Shown one piece after another: positions 21,641-35,400 of a DNA stretch of 64,000 nucleotides. The position numbers and the translations under genes were made by a program. The number at the start of each line of letters is the position of its first letter. Positions within the stretch are counted from its first letter, which is position 1. Origin of the DNA: Flectonema sp. DT1601 (Eukaryota); NCBI GenBank assembly GCA_964019425.1, contig OZ025787.1:806001-870000 (forward strand), given 5' to 3'. The notes beneath the pieces are model-generated. The model ran no database searches, was not told the DNA's origin, and saw nothing but the letters and a program-made list of their open reading frames with translations.

Positions 21641-24600
21641 TTAAAAATATTTCTTGATTTTCAGTTTAAATAATTTGGTTCTCAACCCTCCGTATTGCTT
21701 CAATATTTTGTACACCTCAACATGTGCTGCCGAGGGTGAGATCTGTTCATTCATTATATCGGCGGCATACATATTCCTGTAGATCTTTAAGTTAGGGTTC
21801 GCTCCACTCTCAAGTAGTAGTTTTAAAGCAGTAGTAGAAGTAGGACACTCAAAAACGATATAAGTAAGCGGAGTGTGTTGATCAGCTGTCCCTTCACAAC
21901 TATAAACAGGATTCGGATCCGCCCCGCGCATCAACAACAATGAACAAACATCAACATTGAAAGCTTCAATTGCTGCATGCAGCGGAGACCATCCATTTGG
22001 AAGGGATAAATTAACATTTATTGTCGGTGAATGAAGTAACTCCTCCGCTAAATGAGTACTACGAGGTATCGAAAGCAACAATGGTGAATTATGTTGTTGG
22101 TTACAAATGTTGGGATCTGCATATGTTAACAAAATCTTAATACACTTTGCTAACCTTTTCAAACTACCCGTCTTTCGTTCATCAGAAGGTAACTTGCAGC
22201 AGACCGCAGCTGTCAGAACCGAGTCACCAGAGTCAGGGTCGAGAGCATTTAAGTCACCAGTGAGATGTTTTATATTAATTAGGTCATCAAATAATTCGAA
22301 ATTAATATAATCCTCATTCACTATCGCTGTTAGCAAGAACATAATATCCGCATGCGTTGCGACAACTTGACGTCTTATGAGTTCGTCTACGAGTAATGTT
22401 AAGCTTTCAGTTTTTGGTGATGAAATAATCCATCGTAGTGTTCTTGATAGCAGTGAGAGTGAAACACCTGAAGGGTCAGTATCAGCACCTAACATAAGCA
22501 ATTCTAGGGTAACATCAAATAATCCTCTTGACAGTGCTAATGTTGATGGGGTTTCATAATTATGAACTAAGTCAAGGGGAGCTCCTGATAATAATTTTAT
22601 CTGTTCTACATATTTAACATGGTGTAGAATCGAAGACCCATCTGCTAAGATTCTTGTTAAACAAGCACCATGTGATACCAACAACTCTAAGATAGTTATC
22701 GACTTGTTCATAGCGAGAGATAAGAATGATATGCTAGCAGCAGATTGATTCGAATTTTCATATAATGGATTCGCATCTGTTTGTAATTTATTATTAGGCG
22801 ATGCTCCATATCTTAACAACAACTCAAGCATTCTGGGATTACTTTCGTTACTAACTGCGGAAAATAAAAGAGGTACTTCAGTTCCTTTTCTTATAAAACC
22901 AATCTCAGGATCAGCACCATTCTCCAGAAGTACTTCAGCTAATGAAACATTAGATGCAACAACAGCAATACCTAATGGAGTGTTTCCGTCAATGGAACGT
23001 TCATTTATTGTAAAACGTAAATCAGATTTCCGGTGTTGTAGTAGCAGCTGTAGTAGTTTAGTGTCCTTATCCTTTGAGTTATTCTTACAGTATGATATCA
23101 ACATGTCTACTGTTATATCACACAGCACATCCATTGAGATTATCTTTTTTATAAGTGTTTTATTGTTTGAAGTAATTGCTTTACGAAGTGCTATACTTCC
23201 GCTGACAGTTTTTCCAACCAACATGTCAGCAAGATGAACACAAGATGGATCATATAAGTTTTCTTCTAACAAGTCAGGAAAGCACATCACTACTGTGTTC
23301 AAGTAACGAGTCTTAGCAAATTTGGTTGCCAAATCTAGAGAATCTGAACTGCTGAAAATCTCTTTAATTTCTGATGTATTTTTATACGTATCAGAATTTT
23401 TAATTTCCTCAGAAGTGCATTCTCTAACATAATCTTTTGGTAAAAAGTCTTTGAGTAGAACTACCAAGAATAATGAACTAGAATGAACAGCTAATTCAAA
23501 CATATGTCCAGTGATTATAGCAGACTCAACATGAGGCATGATAAGCTGCAACAGATTAAGATTATCATCGCATATTGAAGATCTGATACAGCAGTCTAAG
23601 AAATCTGATGTTATATTAATGTCAAAAGAGCTTTGTTTAAGCAACAGCTTGACCAGTTGACATGCTATGCTTGAGTCATGTTTGCAACATTTATTAACCA
23701 TTTGTAGTATTCCACTCTGTGTTGATTCTTCTCTTCCCAATACTACATTATGCAATGCTACATTTAGAAGATTAAATGTTTCTTCTGAATTTCCGTTTAT
23801 GATTAATCCCCACCAATTTGATTCAAAAAAATCGCCACCAGAAACAATAATTTCCTCTGCAACAGAATAAAGCTGTTGTTGTACAGCAACCTCTAGTAGC
23901 TGTGTGATACCGTTGGTATCAACTTTTGGAAATAAACAACTAAAAAGTGAATAGTTGAATGGAGTCATTGTCAATATTTCAATTAAACAACTCGTTGAGA
24001 TTATTTCATACTCACTCAGAATCTGAAGAGCTCTTTCCGAAGTACAATTTCTTAAAATAAGAGTTCCACAAACTGGGATAGAAAGTCCTATCAAATACTC
24101 AATTATTGAGGTCAAGTCATCTGTGTTTGTTTTTTCCTTTCATTTTTTTTAAAGTTAAATTTAAACGATAAATAAAAGAACACCTAACTCTCAATACAAA
24201 ACATAGTGCAATATATACCTGCTCCGGACAGCTCTTCTTCAAATTCAGGAGAGGACGCATCGAGACCTGCATCGAATAAGAGTTGTAGAAGCTGATTGGT
24301 GGTAGTTTTGTCCTCGACTTCCAGAATAGGTTTGACCAGGGCTGGGCTTGGTTTTTCATTCAAAACACTCATGAGGTATGAAAAAAGATCGAACTTTTTC
24401 TTCTCGATAGCTTCAAGTAACATCGATAAGTGAACTTTGCACCTTCCTGTTTCGAATACACACTGCACAGCCTTCAAGCCATCACGTTTTCTACAGGCTA
24501 AATGTGCGTGGGTTTGTTTAACCAAAAAAGGTTGTTTTGATACGAGTTTCATTAACATATTTTCCCTAATGCTTCCTCCCATGTTAATACATTTCGCTAC

Positions 24601-25179
24601 AAGATCTCTCCATTGACATTTGTCACCTTGTGATAGCACTCCTTTGGCTAACAGTTTTTCAAATAAAGCAATGTTGTTATCGCTACATGCAATCATGCAT
24701 GCTTGAAGTCCTTTATTAGTTTTCAACAAGATGTCAGCAGCTATTTCAGGATCTGGGAACAGTGATATCGCCGTTTCCGCGGTTAGCATTGGTGTTAAAT
24801 TCTTCCTAATCTCTTGGATTGCTTTCATTTTTACATAAGCCACACACGGACAGTTTCCAACAGGTTCCCAGTTTTCAACCGTATCAATGTATTCGCTATC
24901 GAATTGAAAATATTTCATATTTAGTTTAAGGCTTGCTCTGTTGACATCTTTTGAGTATTGAAAGTCATCGAGAATCAGGTGAGTATCGTATACTAGCATG
25001 TCATGAATTAATCTAAATGCATCCATACGCTGCTTCACATGTATGCGACCTGTGATATTTTCCTCGCAATCGGTTTCCATTAGCCTTCTGAAATAACCAA
25101 CTTTTGACAGAAATATCGACGATGTAGTGAGAGTGGTTCCTTCGCACGTAATTATGTCGTACTCATGACGTGGAGCCAT
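21641..25179 (-). CDS. BTB/POZ-domain + ankyrin-repeat protein; 2 exons (25179-24219, 24120-21641), about 1146 aa
   Basis: N-terminal BTB-like segment (DIITCEG...LSKVGYFRRLM...EE....I......AF..I). Ankyrin repeats include GNTPLGIAV...LLENGADP, GWSPLHAAI...LLMRGADPN and LLLESGANPN. The two ORF-track ORFs join in frame through a 98-nt phase-1 intron at 24121-24218 (GTATAT...AAACACAG): SGA G|AT GAC TTG ACC = SGADDLTSIIEY. Confidence 0.85.
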
Positions 25180-25879
25180 ATTGTTGTTGACGGCAACCCT
25201 CCCTGTTTTGATGATTAAGGTAATCTCGTGTTTAAGTTTAAAAAAAAAAAAAGAAGAAGGGAAAATAATAAGAATCACCAATTTATGCAACTGTGCGTTT
25301 ATTGGTTCTTTATGAGCTAGAGAGACGTAGTATATTTGGCAGGGGAGAATTTTTTTTATTTTTTTTTATTTCAAAATTGACAAGTTGAAAAAAAAAAAAA
25401 AAAAAAAATTGTTTTATTGTGCATTCCCTAGGGAAAATCACATATCGGACAGAAAGCTATGCAACCAAAGCTAATCAGTAGCCTTTGCACGATCAAAACC
25501 TTATAAATATATTACAGGCGAGACGTACAACAGATTTCACAGCGGCACCTCCAGTGGGGGGCAGCAATAAGAATCTCGTTCACACCTCTAAATACAATTA
25601 CGATAAGGAAGATCATGGATTCGAAAAAGATGAATATGGGGAGGAGAAACTTTCTACGTCTCTACAAAAAGAGATTCTCTCCTCAACCCCAACCTTTAAA
25701 AAGCTAGATACAGCAAGAATAGCAAAAAAAAATAAAGGCTGAAAAAAAAAAAAGGAGAGACTACAAAAGTAGATAATATTTCTCCAGCTTAGCAACTCAC
25801 AATAAGTTACCTTACAGATACTTATGTGTCTCTGGCAGGACTGCTGAATAAGACGCGTTGCCTTCTTCGTGGGAACTGG

Positions 25880-26065
25880 ATCCGAATTGCAGGAAAAAAT
25901 AAGATCTCACAATCCAGATTATTTAATCATCTGGATTGCAGGAAAAAAGGGAACTCAGGCAATCCAGATTATTATTTAATCATCCGAATTGCAGAAGAAT
26001 TCAGGTAATTCAGATTGTATAACTATCCAAGTTACAGAAAAGGAACTGACGCAATTCAGATTTTA
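25880..26065. repeat. Degenerate tandem array of about 50-nt palindromic units
   Basis: Perfect inverted repeat caatccagat (25910-25919) / atctggattg (25929-25938). Further imperfect copies at 25959-25992, 26005-26035 and 26051-26061. Confidence 0.65.
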
Positions 26066-26257
26066 TAAAGCAATAATTAAAAAAAAAGAGAACAAGATGT
26101 TGCATAGTACAAGATTATTTGCATCGAGAGATAAGAAATTGTATTTAATCCGTCCGATCTGGAATTCGAAAGGCAGCATTTATTTGGCCGCAAAATTTTT
26201 CGTACAAAAAATCAATCTCATGTCGGGAAAGGAGAATTAAAAAAAAAAAAAATTTAA

Positions 26258-26338
26258 TATTTGTTGATCGCAGCCAGTATTACTAGCGCACAGGGATATA
26301 ATAACATAATAATAATAAGAAAACGGCTCTTAATCTGA
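26258..26338. repeat. Dispersed ~80-bp repeat, copy 1
   Basis: tttgttgatcgcagccagtattactagcgcacaggga...aacggctcttaatctga; a second copy lies at 43226-43304 in the same orientation. Confidence 0.8.
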
Positions 26339-28471
26339 ACAGTTTCTTCGACGACTTGGTCGTCCAAAGAAACAGCGCAGTTTACAACATAAAGAAAACA
26401 ACACCCTCTCGACCTCTGTGCGAAACCAGAATATTATTATAACGCGCGATGATTTGGTAAACAGTAGTTATTCGCTTACCGATGGGAGAATAAAAATATA
26501 TTATGGGCAGAATACAAAATACTACCTCAGCAAGAAAATAAACTCAAACCATTCCGTAACGTAGAGTCACGTACGGCTAGCAACAATGCTTTATATCAGA
26601 ATGTAGATTTTGGTTGTGCGAAAGCAACTAACTCCCGAAAAGAAGCAGCAACTTTATTTATTATTTTTTGCTCACTCAGACCATAGTCTCATCAGTTTGT
26701 AGAATGCAGAACAAAAAACTTTTTTTTTTTTTTTTAAATGGGTGAAATCGCACTACCAACAACAACACCAGTCAACATACACAAGTTATGAAACGAAACA
26801 GACAAAAAAAAAAAAGTAGTGCTTCACAATAGTGTTAGTCAGGTGAAATCAGAAACAAAAAGAACTGTTGAAAATGCCATGAGTAACATTGTAAATACAC
26901 AAAGTAAGGATGTGGTTGAAAACAGCAGGACTGCTTCAGACAAGTTACTAGCATTCAAAGGTTCCGTGCAGCAGTGCCGACGTATCTTTGAGGCTGAACT
27001 ACGTGTCACCTCACTAAGAGATTTACATTATCACCATTAAACATAAACAACAGAAAAAATAGAATGTACAAAATGTAATGCAGTGAAAGACAACGCCTCT
27101 GATATTCGCTATACTGTGTGCAGAAAGAAAACTAAACTATTTCGAATCCAGCTGTCATTGCCTTGCCCGCAGTCACTCGTAATATGTGTGTCGCGTTGAG
27201 CCCGCAACAAGTAGAAATTACAAAAAGAAAATTTTTTATAGAAAAAAAAAGGTACATAAGATTGGGCGACCCGCTAACTTTTGTTAGCGTAAAAGTCACG
27301 ACAACTGTTTTGTGTTCATCACAAAAGTCATTCGCGAATTTAGATCGCTCCACAGGGTGGAGGAAACGAAATTTTTGAAAAGAAAACACAAATACAAGAG
27401 CAGTTTTACTAGGGTGAAATACTCCAGTCAGATTTTTTATACCTTTTGGTGTTGCATTTTAATGCTCGTAGGGGAGTTTGTGCAAAATCGAAATCTGATT
27501 TTTCAACCAGTGCGGAATTAAATATAATTTTCCGTTTGCTACTTTTACGATAGAATAGCAAAAAACAAAAAAGAAATTTAGTAAATCCGCGATTCCAATT
27601 TTAAAATTTTTTTTTTCTTTCTTCATTTTTTCTTTTTGTACAATAGCGTTTTTTATTCAAAAAAAAAAAAAGAAAATATAAAAAAAAAAAATGGACTACG
27701 AAGTCCATTTTGCAAAGATGTGTTACGTATTCATAGTGATTGTGCGGAATGTGATCACGAGAATTTGAAACAGCAATCTTGCTCGAATAAGATAAACGAA
27801 AAGAAACACGTACGAGTGAAGCATTATTGAATGAATTGAAACCAAATGATTGAATAAAATATATACAGAAATGGATACCCTCCTGGGTAAAATGGCGCGA
27901 ATAATTGAAGTTTTAAGTGTGAGCGAGTACTTCATAATTTTATAAAAAATATAATGAATTTAAATTGGTAGACGGGTTAATTATCATTTTTAGATAAGGC
28001 CGTAAAAAACAAAGAGATCAGGCGCGAATAAAAAAATAAACATGAAGTTCCAGGAGGGATAAGGCGAATCAAAGGAAATTGGAATGATAAGATCGAAATT
28101 TTATTATGGAGGTATTTCCTCCATCGAAGAAATTTAATTTTTTTTCTCCTTTCTGAGTAACACAAAGACAGCGAAACTCAACAGGGATATTGTCAATAAG
28201 TTGTCGCCTTAGCAGATCCATAATTAAATAGAATTCAATATTAAGTTAACGGTAATATTTTTATAACTTTTTTTTCTGTTGTAGAAAAGAAGAGAGAGGA
28301 ATAACGCAAACCGAACAACAAGCAACTTTGAAAGCAAAAACGTGCGGACTGCTCTGCAAACACAATTGCTAAATTCAGGATGCAAAAAACGAGAGGCAGA
28401 TGGGGGTGAAAATGAAATGTAATAATTAGATCTGTTAAAAAAGATATAGCACAAGCTGTTTGATGAGTCAA

Positions 28472-29452
28472 TTAGTTAACGGCAATGAGCATCATACTCA
28501 TGTCATCTGATAGCTCCTCTTCTTTGTCATCTGTTTCAGGTAACCGGTTATCCACAACTGGTAATTGATTCATAAATTCAGAACCACTCGGAGCCATCAA
28601 ACCAACTCCGTACGGACTGTGTGTTGTAACTGATATTGGTTGACACACCAAAGGAGGCGTCATACTTTCCGTCAGTTGTGTTGGAGTAGTCTGAAAAGGT
28701 TGCAGTGGTTGATTATCTGCACAACTGTCGTAGTAAACACTGCGATGATGTGATGTCAGGGAATCACTGTCACTACTCTGCGCAGGGACTTGTGGAGCTG
28801 CCTGACATGTAGAACAACGGCACTGCGTTGGCATCGGTGCATGCAACTGACAAACTGGTAGACACTCCACACAACTATCATAGCTATAACTGTGAGGTTG
28901 TGATGTTGGTGACTCGCTGCCGCTATACTGTGGAACAGTTTCTGGCTGGTAAACATCTGGGCAGACGGGTTGTTCTGCCTCTGGAAATATCGTATCGCAC
29001 ATTTGCGTAGACGGCGCCATAGGAATCGTCGGCTGCAATTTAACAACACTCGAAATGCTTTCTCCACACGCAGCGCTATCGTAATGACTGCTGCATTCTT
29101 GTGAGTCTTCATCACTAGCTTGAGAAACAGGTGACGCAGTAGAAGACTTCTCCAGCGCGAGCACCTTTGAGTAGTAAATATGCATCTTTGTGCACTCCTC
29201 TCCCAATGAACATTCCGCGTTCTTATGAAACTCTACGCATTTCCATTCGTACCAGACTCTGCTTTTGTCTAACTTTTTGTTCTCTCCACAAGCACAACAC
29301 TTCAGCGTCATGACTAACTTTACAACTCTCTGATTGCACCACAAGTTGGATCCGCAGTGGCTACAGATTTGTGGAGTTGGGTCATCTCTTGCTTGTGGTT
29401 TATGTCTCGCCCTTCTATATTTACGAGACTTGTTATCAGCTTTGGGTGCCAT
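28472..29452 (-). CDS. CCCH zinc-finger protein with a preceding C4 zinc ribbon and a low-complexity C-terminus
   Basis: CSHC...CCAC ribbon followed by CVEFHKNAECSLGEECTKMH (C-x8-C-x5-C-x3-H). S/P/Q-rich tail; intronless 326 aa. Confidence 0.8.
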   Translation of the reverse strand: MAPKADNKSRKYRRARHKPQARDDPTPQICSHCGSNLWCNQRVVKLVMTLKCCACGENKKLDKSRVWYEWKCVEFHKNAECSLGEECTKMHIYYSKVLALEKSSTASPVSQASDEDSQECSSHYDSAACGESISSVVKLQPTIPMAPSTQMCDTIFPEAEQPVCPDVYQPETVPQYSGSESPTSQPHSYSYDSCVECLPVCQLHAPMPTQCRCSTCQAAPQVPAQSSDSDSLTSHHRSVYYDSCADNQPLQPFQTTPTQLTESMTPPLVCQPISVTTHSPYGVGLMAPSGSEFMNQLPVVDNRLPETDDKEEELSDDMSMMLIAVN

Positions 29453-32400
29453 ATTTCTTTGATAGGGTTTTATAACTATAAACTGCGGTAAAAGAATTAT
29501 GGCTACACAAGAAATCCGATCTGGAATACATATAGTCTTGCTGTTGCATCACCTACAGTCACCTGTACTTAGAGAGGTTGTTAATGTAAGGAAGAATGCG
29601 TATCTCAAAATGTGCACTAGAAAAGAACAAATCAAGAAAGGAAAAAGAGAAAAAAAGAGAAAAAAAGAAAAAAAAAAACCTTTTATTCCTGTGAGAGTGA
29701 CGACATATAATTCGCTGCCAACTACCTCAGCAAATTAAAGGGTAAAAAAGAAATTTAAAAAAAAAAAAAAAGAAAGCGAAATGTGAAACTGTGCAACATG
29801 GTGCATGGGCATGGAGAATAACCAGGGGCGGTGGGACGTACACGTAAGAATAAAACAAGGCCTACAATAAAACCGTAATTGAGAATAAACCCAACCTGCG
29901 ACGTGTTAATTCCAGTAATGAGGAATGCCTATGGCAGCTTACACCGCATACTTCCCTGCTAGCCGTGAAGACTCTTTGGCGGGTTAAATATCTAATAAAA
30001 GTTAAAAAAAAAAAAATTAAAAAGGATAAATATTATACGATATATATGAGAGATGAGAGGCTGTAAACTGACCACCGAAACGACCACTTACAGCCTCATT
30101 GACGTAGCCAATCACAATGAGAGACTAGTGAGATGCGATAAAAGGATTATTTGAGGGAAAAAAAGAAAAAAGGTTAAATTGAATTGTTGAAAAAAAAGGG
30201 GATATGAAACTATCCAGTTCGATACCCCCTCTCAGTGACTACGATAAGATATGAATGAAAAGGAGGGGATCTGGGCAGACCTACCAGAGCTTTCGATCCC
30301 TCTCCGTGGATGGTTTGAATTGCAGCCAAAGAAATACTTACGGGGAAATGAACCACCTAAATCAGATATTCTCTGCGTTACTTAATTACAACACATAACA
30401 CATGATACCCGCAAATGCGGTTTTGAATAAGGAAACAATTTCCAACCAGCAAAACAAAGCAAAAATCGAGAGGAAGCTTGGGAAACAAGAGCGCAGCTGC
30501 TTAGAAGTAAAAATGATGTTTCGATTTGATCACCTCTTAACCTTTGTTCAACTCTGATATCTCGCGAATCCATTTTAAAAAGAATTTAAAAAAAGAAATT
30601 GATTTCTTGCTTTTTTCAACACGTGCAAAGTTTTTATTCTATACTTTTCGTTCTTTTTTCTTTTTTTTTCAAGAGCTCTTCTCTTAACGTAAATCATGAC
30701 CGGCACTCTCTTTCCGGAATATAAGTTGTTGTTTTTTAAAACATAAATTTTTCTACGGTATCTTCTCATTGCAAGTGGTAGACAAAACAAGTTTCAAGTC
30801 AAGCCACTTGTACAGGAAAAGAGAAATCGCTTCACACTTCAAGTGGAGAGACAACTTATTCATCACCAAGAGAACAATAAAAGTAATTTACTGACTCCCG
30901 TTTGCAGGGCACAAAGTGTGGGAAATGAGATATGAAACACCTGAAGGTTATGTTGCAAACAAAACCACAAGACGCTTTTTTTTTGTACTTGGTTTGCAAA
31001 AAAAAAAAAAGAAAGGGGAATAACCAAGTTAAACAAGAGCCTTGGCAACCGCTCTTCTCTCTAATCAGAATTGGTTTCAGTCCGGGGGAAAGGACAGGAT
31101 AGGGCTCATTATTTCCTGTTGCACACACGTAGCCCAGATAAAAAAGATTTAGAAAACAAGAAAATACAAACGTAACTTTACTCTAAGTAAATGCTTAGAT
31201 ATAAAGCACTTCATAATGACTTGTCTTTGTAACAAAAGCGTGTACAATAAGCTAGACGAAATCGTACACCAAATTGTTACTTTGTGTATGGTGAAGGGGA
31301 GAGGGGAGGATGAAACCCCTCTTTGCCGAAAGTTCTTTTTTTTTTCTTTCATTCCCAGCAGGGAAGACTTCACTCTGCTAACCTAACATAAGTTATTTTT
31401 TGTATTGTGTTGCATTGAATGTTACTCTAACACAGTCGTTTATGTTTAAATTGATACGAAATTATAACAAAAAGCGTACTTCTCCTCGTTGTTGAGAATG
31501 CTATCCTCATCCAAGAAAACTGTAAAAAAGCAGTTTTACTGATGTATCGGTCATCCCAGCCTACCCACCGGATAGCTGAGGTCTATACTGACTGACTTCA
31601 AATAGGATGAAACACTACAACAAGAAAAGTTGTAAGTCAACTTTTTTCTCGACTTTTTAAGCGGCGATTGTGACAAAGCCAACAGAAATGGTTCTAGCGA
31701 TTCTACATTGTCAACAAACAGAAATGTTGGAGCGAACCAAATAACAGCCGACCCTGTTGCCTCCTAAAGAAAGACTAATACTGAGGACTAATCGCCTCTC
31801 CATTTCTTTTCGTTCTTCAGTAAGTAGCTACTGGTAACAAACTACAGAAGAATATATAATAATAGATGATTGGTCCACTCAGTGGAAGACGCAAGTGCCT
31901 CATCATTCTCTTCATAGGAAAACGTAAATTCTAAAATAGGTTAAAATAGAAATCCGAGAATGGGAAAAGGCGCCGCATCAGCCCCGCGGTCTAGAAACTG
32001 TAGTGATGCTTATGAAGCCGGAGGAATATTTTTACTGTTATATAACAGCGTACAGTAAGGCACTCACATTATAGAGTACATGACTGACGTTGTTTAGCAA
32101 CTTGAAGAGTACTTCTCAACTGGTTCAAAGGGAGGGAAAGTGAAAGGGAAAAGAGCCAAAGCAGCAGCAGAGGCAATTATAAGACCTTCGTTGTTACAAC
32201 AACAAATAATGGCTGGGGTAAATCAACTTTCTGGTTGGTCACCTTAACTGCCAATGGCCTTGTGCACAAACATTTGGTTTGCGTCTCTTTACAGGTCGTA
32301 ACCTGATTCTTGTCAAATCGCACAGGTGGTCACACAAGTCCACTTAGCGATACTTCAAGAGGATGCGATAAATACTAAAAAAACGAGGGAGGGGGGAAAT

Positions 32401-35400
32401 TGGGTGAGAGGGAGCTCAGATTCTATAACAGGCGTTGGTATAAAAGGGGAAGAGTGCTTTCTTTTTCATTTTCTTTTTTTTTTTCGATTCCCTTTCACCA
32501 CGAACTCGGGAGGTAGGGGAGTGGGTGGAAAAATAAACTCGAAAATCACTTTATAACAACACCAAAAGCAACAAGGGTAGGGAATGAGTTTTTGACACTC
32601 ATTTTTGTGAGATAAGGATTTATCCCTTTGCAGAATGTTGCTTTTTAAAAAGAATCTAAATTGCGAGGTACTTCATTTCCTATATGACACAAAGAGTCTT
32701 TGCTAAGGGTACTCTCTGGTGAGCACACCAGGGGGGTTCTCATTCCTTACATAAATTTTCCTGTTAAATATTCAAGATGACTTTTTCTATTTATTTTGTT
32801 TTGTTTTGTTTTGCGTCGAGAGAAACTTGAAGAACAAGACAGTGGGGGGGGTGGACAGTGAGAAGGTAGGTCGAAAGAGAGGCAACAAGATAGAAAAAAA
32901 AAAGGTAGCCAACAGGTCTGAAATATCAACAGTAGTGCAAGTAATTGATTTTGCACAAAAATGCAGTAGCGGGGGGTGAAGGACGTGGGAATACCCTAAC
33001 CAAACCAGAACATTTTAATAGGGGAAAAAAAAAGTAACGCGGGATAAAGCAGGTTTGTGCATGTGAGAAAAAAAATTAATCACAGAGAAAATAAATAAAG
33101 ATAAAAACATACTACTGCTAGAGAGTATGACCCATCCAGATAAGACAAGCCGTCGCATCCAATAATAATGTCGGAAACCAAGAAAACGAGCCTCTTTTTC
33201 TTTTTTCACAACAGTGGATTGATCGCACACTACAATTGAATAACTGCGTTTCGCGAATCAATCACACTACTCGTACACAGTGACCAATAGAAAATTGAGA
33301 GGCTTGCTGCATCATTTTGATTTCATGGCAATAAATGCATTCTGCGAGCTAACCAGAATCAGACAGTACCATGCAGTGAATTTATACTTAACCTTTTTTT
33401 ATTTCTTTTTGTAGTTTTTTTTTGTTTTTTGAAAAAAAAATACCAACCACCAAACAGACATCACCCCATTGAAGAATAGCACTCCGAAGGGGTTCTAGTC
33501 CGACAGTAGAGGGGTAGAAGAAAAATGTGATAAAGGTCTTTGAAAAGGCTTTTGTACTAAAAAAAATAAAATAAAAACACCGTACTCACTCGCAGAAGAA
33601 ACTAACGGCTTCTTTTCAACGAGGTCGGAATCGGTATTGAGCATTCGTGTTAGAGATCAAACGACTGGTAGAAAATAGTAGCAATTTACACAACGCACAC
33701 CGAGATGAACAAAACAACTTAGTGACGTAGTCTTTTCTCGTTGTGCATGTTACTTACGGTGTAGATATTATTTCTTACTGACCACCAGTCGAATTTCTTA
33801 CACTTTCTTAGCACGAAGCACAGAGAAAAGGGGGAAACAAAAGAAGAAGAAAAACTGCCTCCCATCTTGCTGTTCACAAGTATAGCCCTTTCATAAAAAA
33901 ACATAAGCGGGCGGTTCAAAAGCAAAACATCTGTTCCAACATCTTCGCGAGTGTGATACTTATACTTTACTGATAACATGCATATGCTTCACATAAAGGG
34001 ATATTGCTTTATAAACTGACGCATTATGAGGGAAAAGGCACAAAGTATTATCTGCCATACGAGTACAGATTATCTTCGCTGTTTTGTAAGTCGCAAAAAA
34101 AAAAAAAAAAAAAGACAAAAAACACGGAAAGAACTTCGTTTTGTAATGTGCTGAATACTAACACACATGAGAGCAAATCGAAGTTCAATTATCGAGTTCG
34201 ACTCGTGTTTTTTTAACAAACTGCCACCTGAAACAGCTGTACAATAATCTCACATTGGTAATGAAAGAAAGTTCAGATTTTCAAATTACCGAAATCGTGT
34301 GGTGCTATTGCAGAAGTCTCTTCCCCTATTTTTTGTTTCCTTATTTCTTCGGTATGGCTTTGCTACCATGTACAAATAATAATTATAAAAAGTGATTTAA
34401 TTTCCTGCAGTAGATGTTAACTGTTGCAACTAATTTTGTCTCGGGGAGTGTGGAAAATAAAAATAAAGAAAACAAATAAATAAATAGAAAAAAAAAAACT
34501 ATTTAGGGGAGGGCTGGAGAGGGAACGAAATAAAAAAAAATCTAACGTATGCCGCACGCTGCCAAGCGTGCTTTAGTTTCTTTGTCTTTACGCAGTTGCC
34601 CTTTTTTTTTATTTTTTTATTTTTTTTTAAATCTTTCTATCAAGACTTGCATCGAACAACTCTCCGTTGTATAATTCGAATCCCAAATGTTCCTTTATAT
34701 TGGTACGAAGAAGGGGACTGAAGTAGTGTTTCAGTTTCGAGTTCTGTAACAAAGAGTTTGTACGCTCACACTCTGCTGTTTTGTGCGGATGGAAGTAACA
34801 AATAATGCGATCGTCTCAAAACTATGAGCGACATGCGTTCGGAGCAATGGGGGAAGACTCTACTGATTTTCACATAGAGTAGCTACCACAAACAGGAGTA
34901 GCAATAATTACCTTCTGTGTGCCCATCGACACACCAGCTTTTTGATTTTTGCGCAAAAAAAAAAAAAAAAGAAAAGTTCGCCTACTAAGCTACTAGAGAA
35001 GATAAAATTCTTTTTTTCATTTGTGCTTTAAAAACTCCCTTGCTCCCTATTGCAGAAGCCTACGAAGTGACTGACAAGGCTACTCTACACAGAGGATGGT
35101 AGAAGAGAAGCAGCAGTATCAAAAATGATACCAAAGACTTGTCAAAGATACAGTAAATGATACCACTTCCATTACAATACTGGATGGAATTGCTTTCTCT
35201 CTCTAACCTAGCTTGTATTTAACGAAAAAAATCAATATTTTGGAGATAGATGGCCTGACTACTGCCTTGCGGCATAGCAATTTGTACTTCGAAGTCATTA
35301 CAGGAAGGAAGAGAGGAAAAAAAAAAAACTGATTACTTCTGTTCCACTAATAATGTGTACCAACACGAGGAACGCGCTTTTTGCGATTACGCAATTCTAC

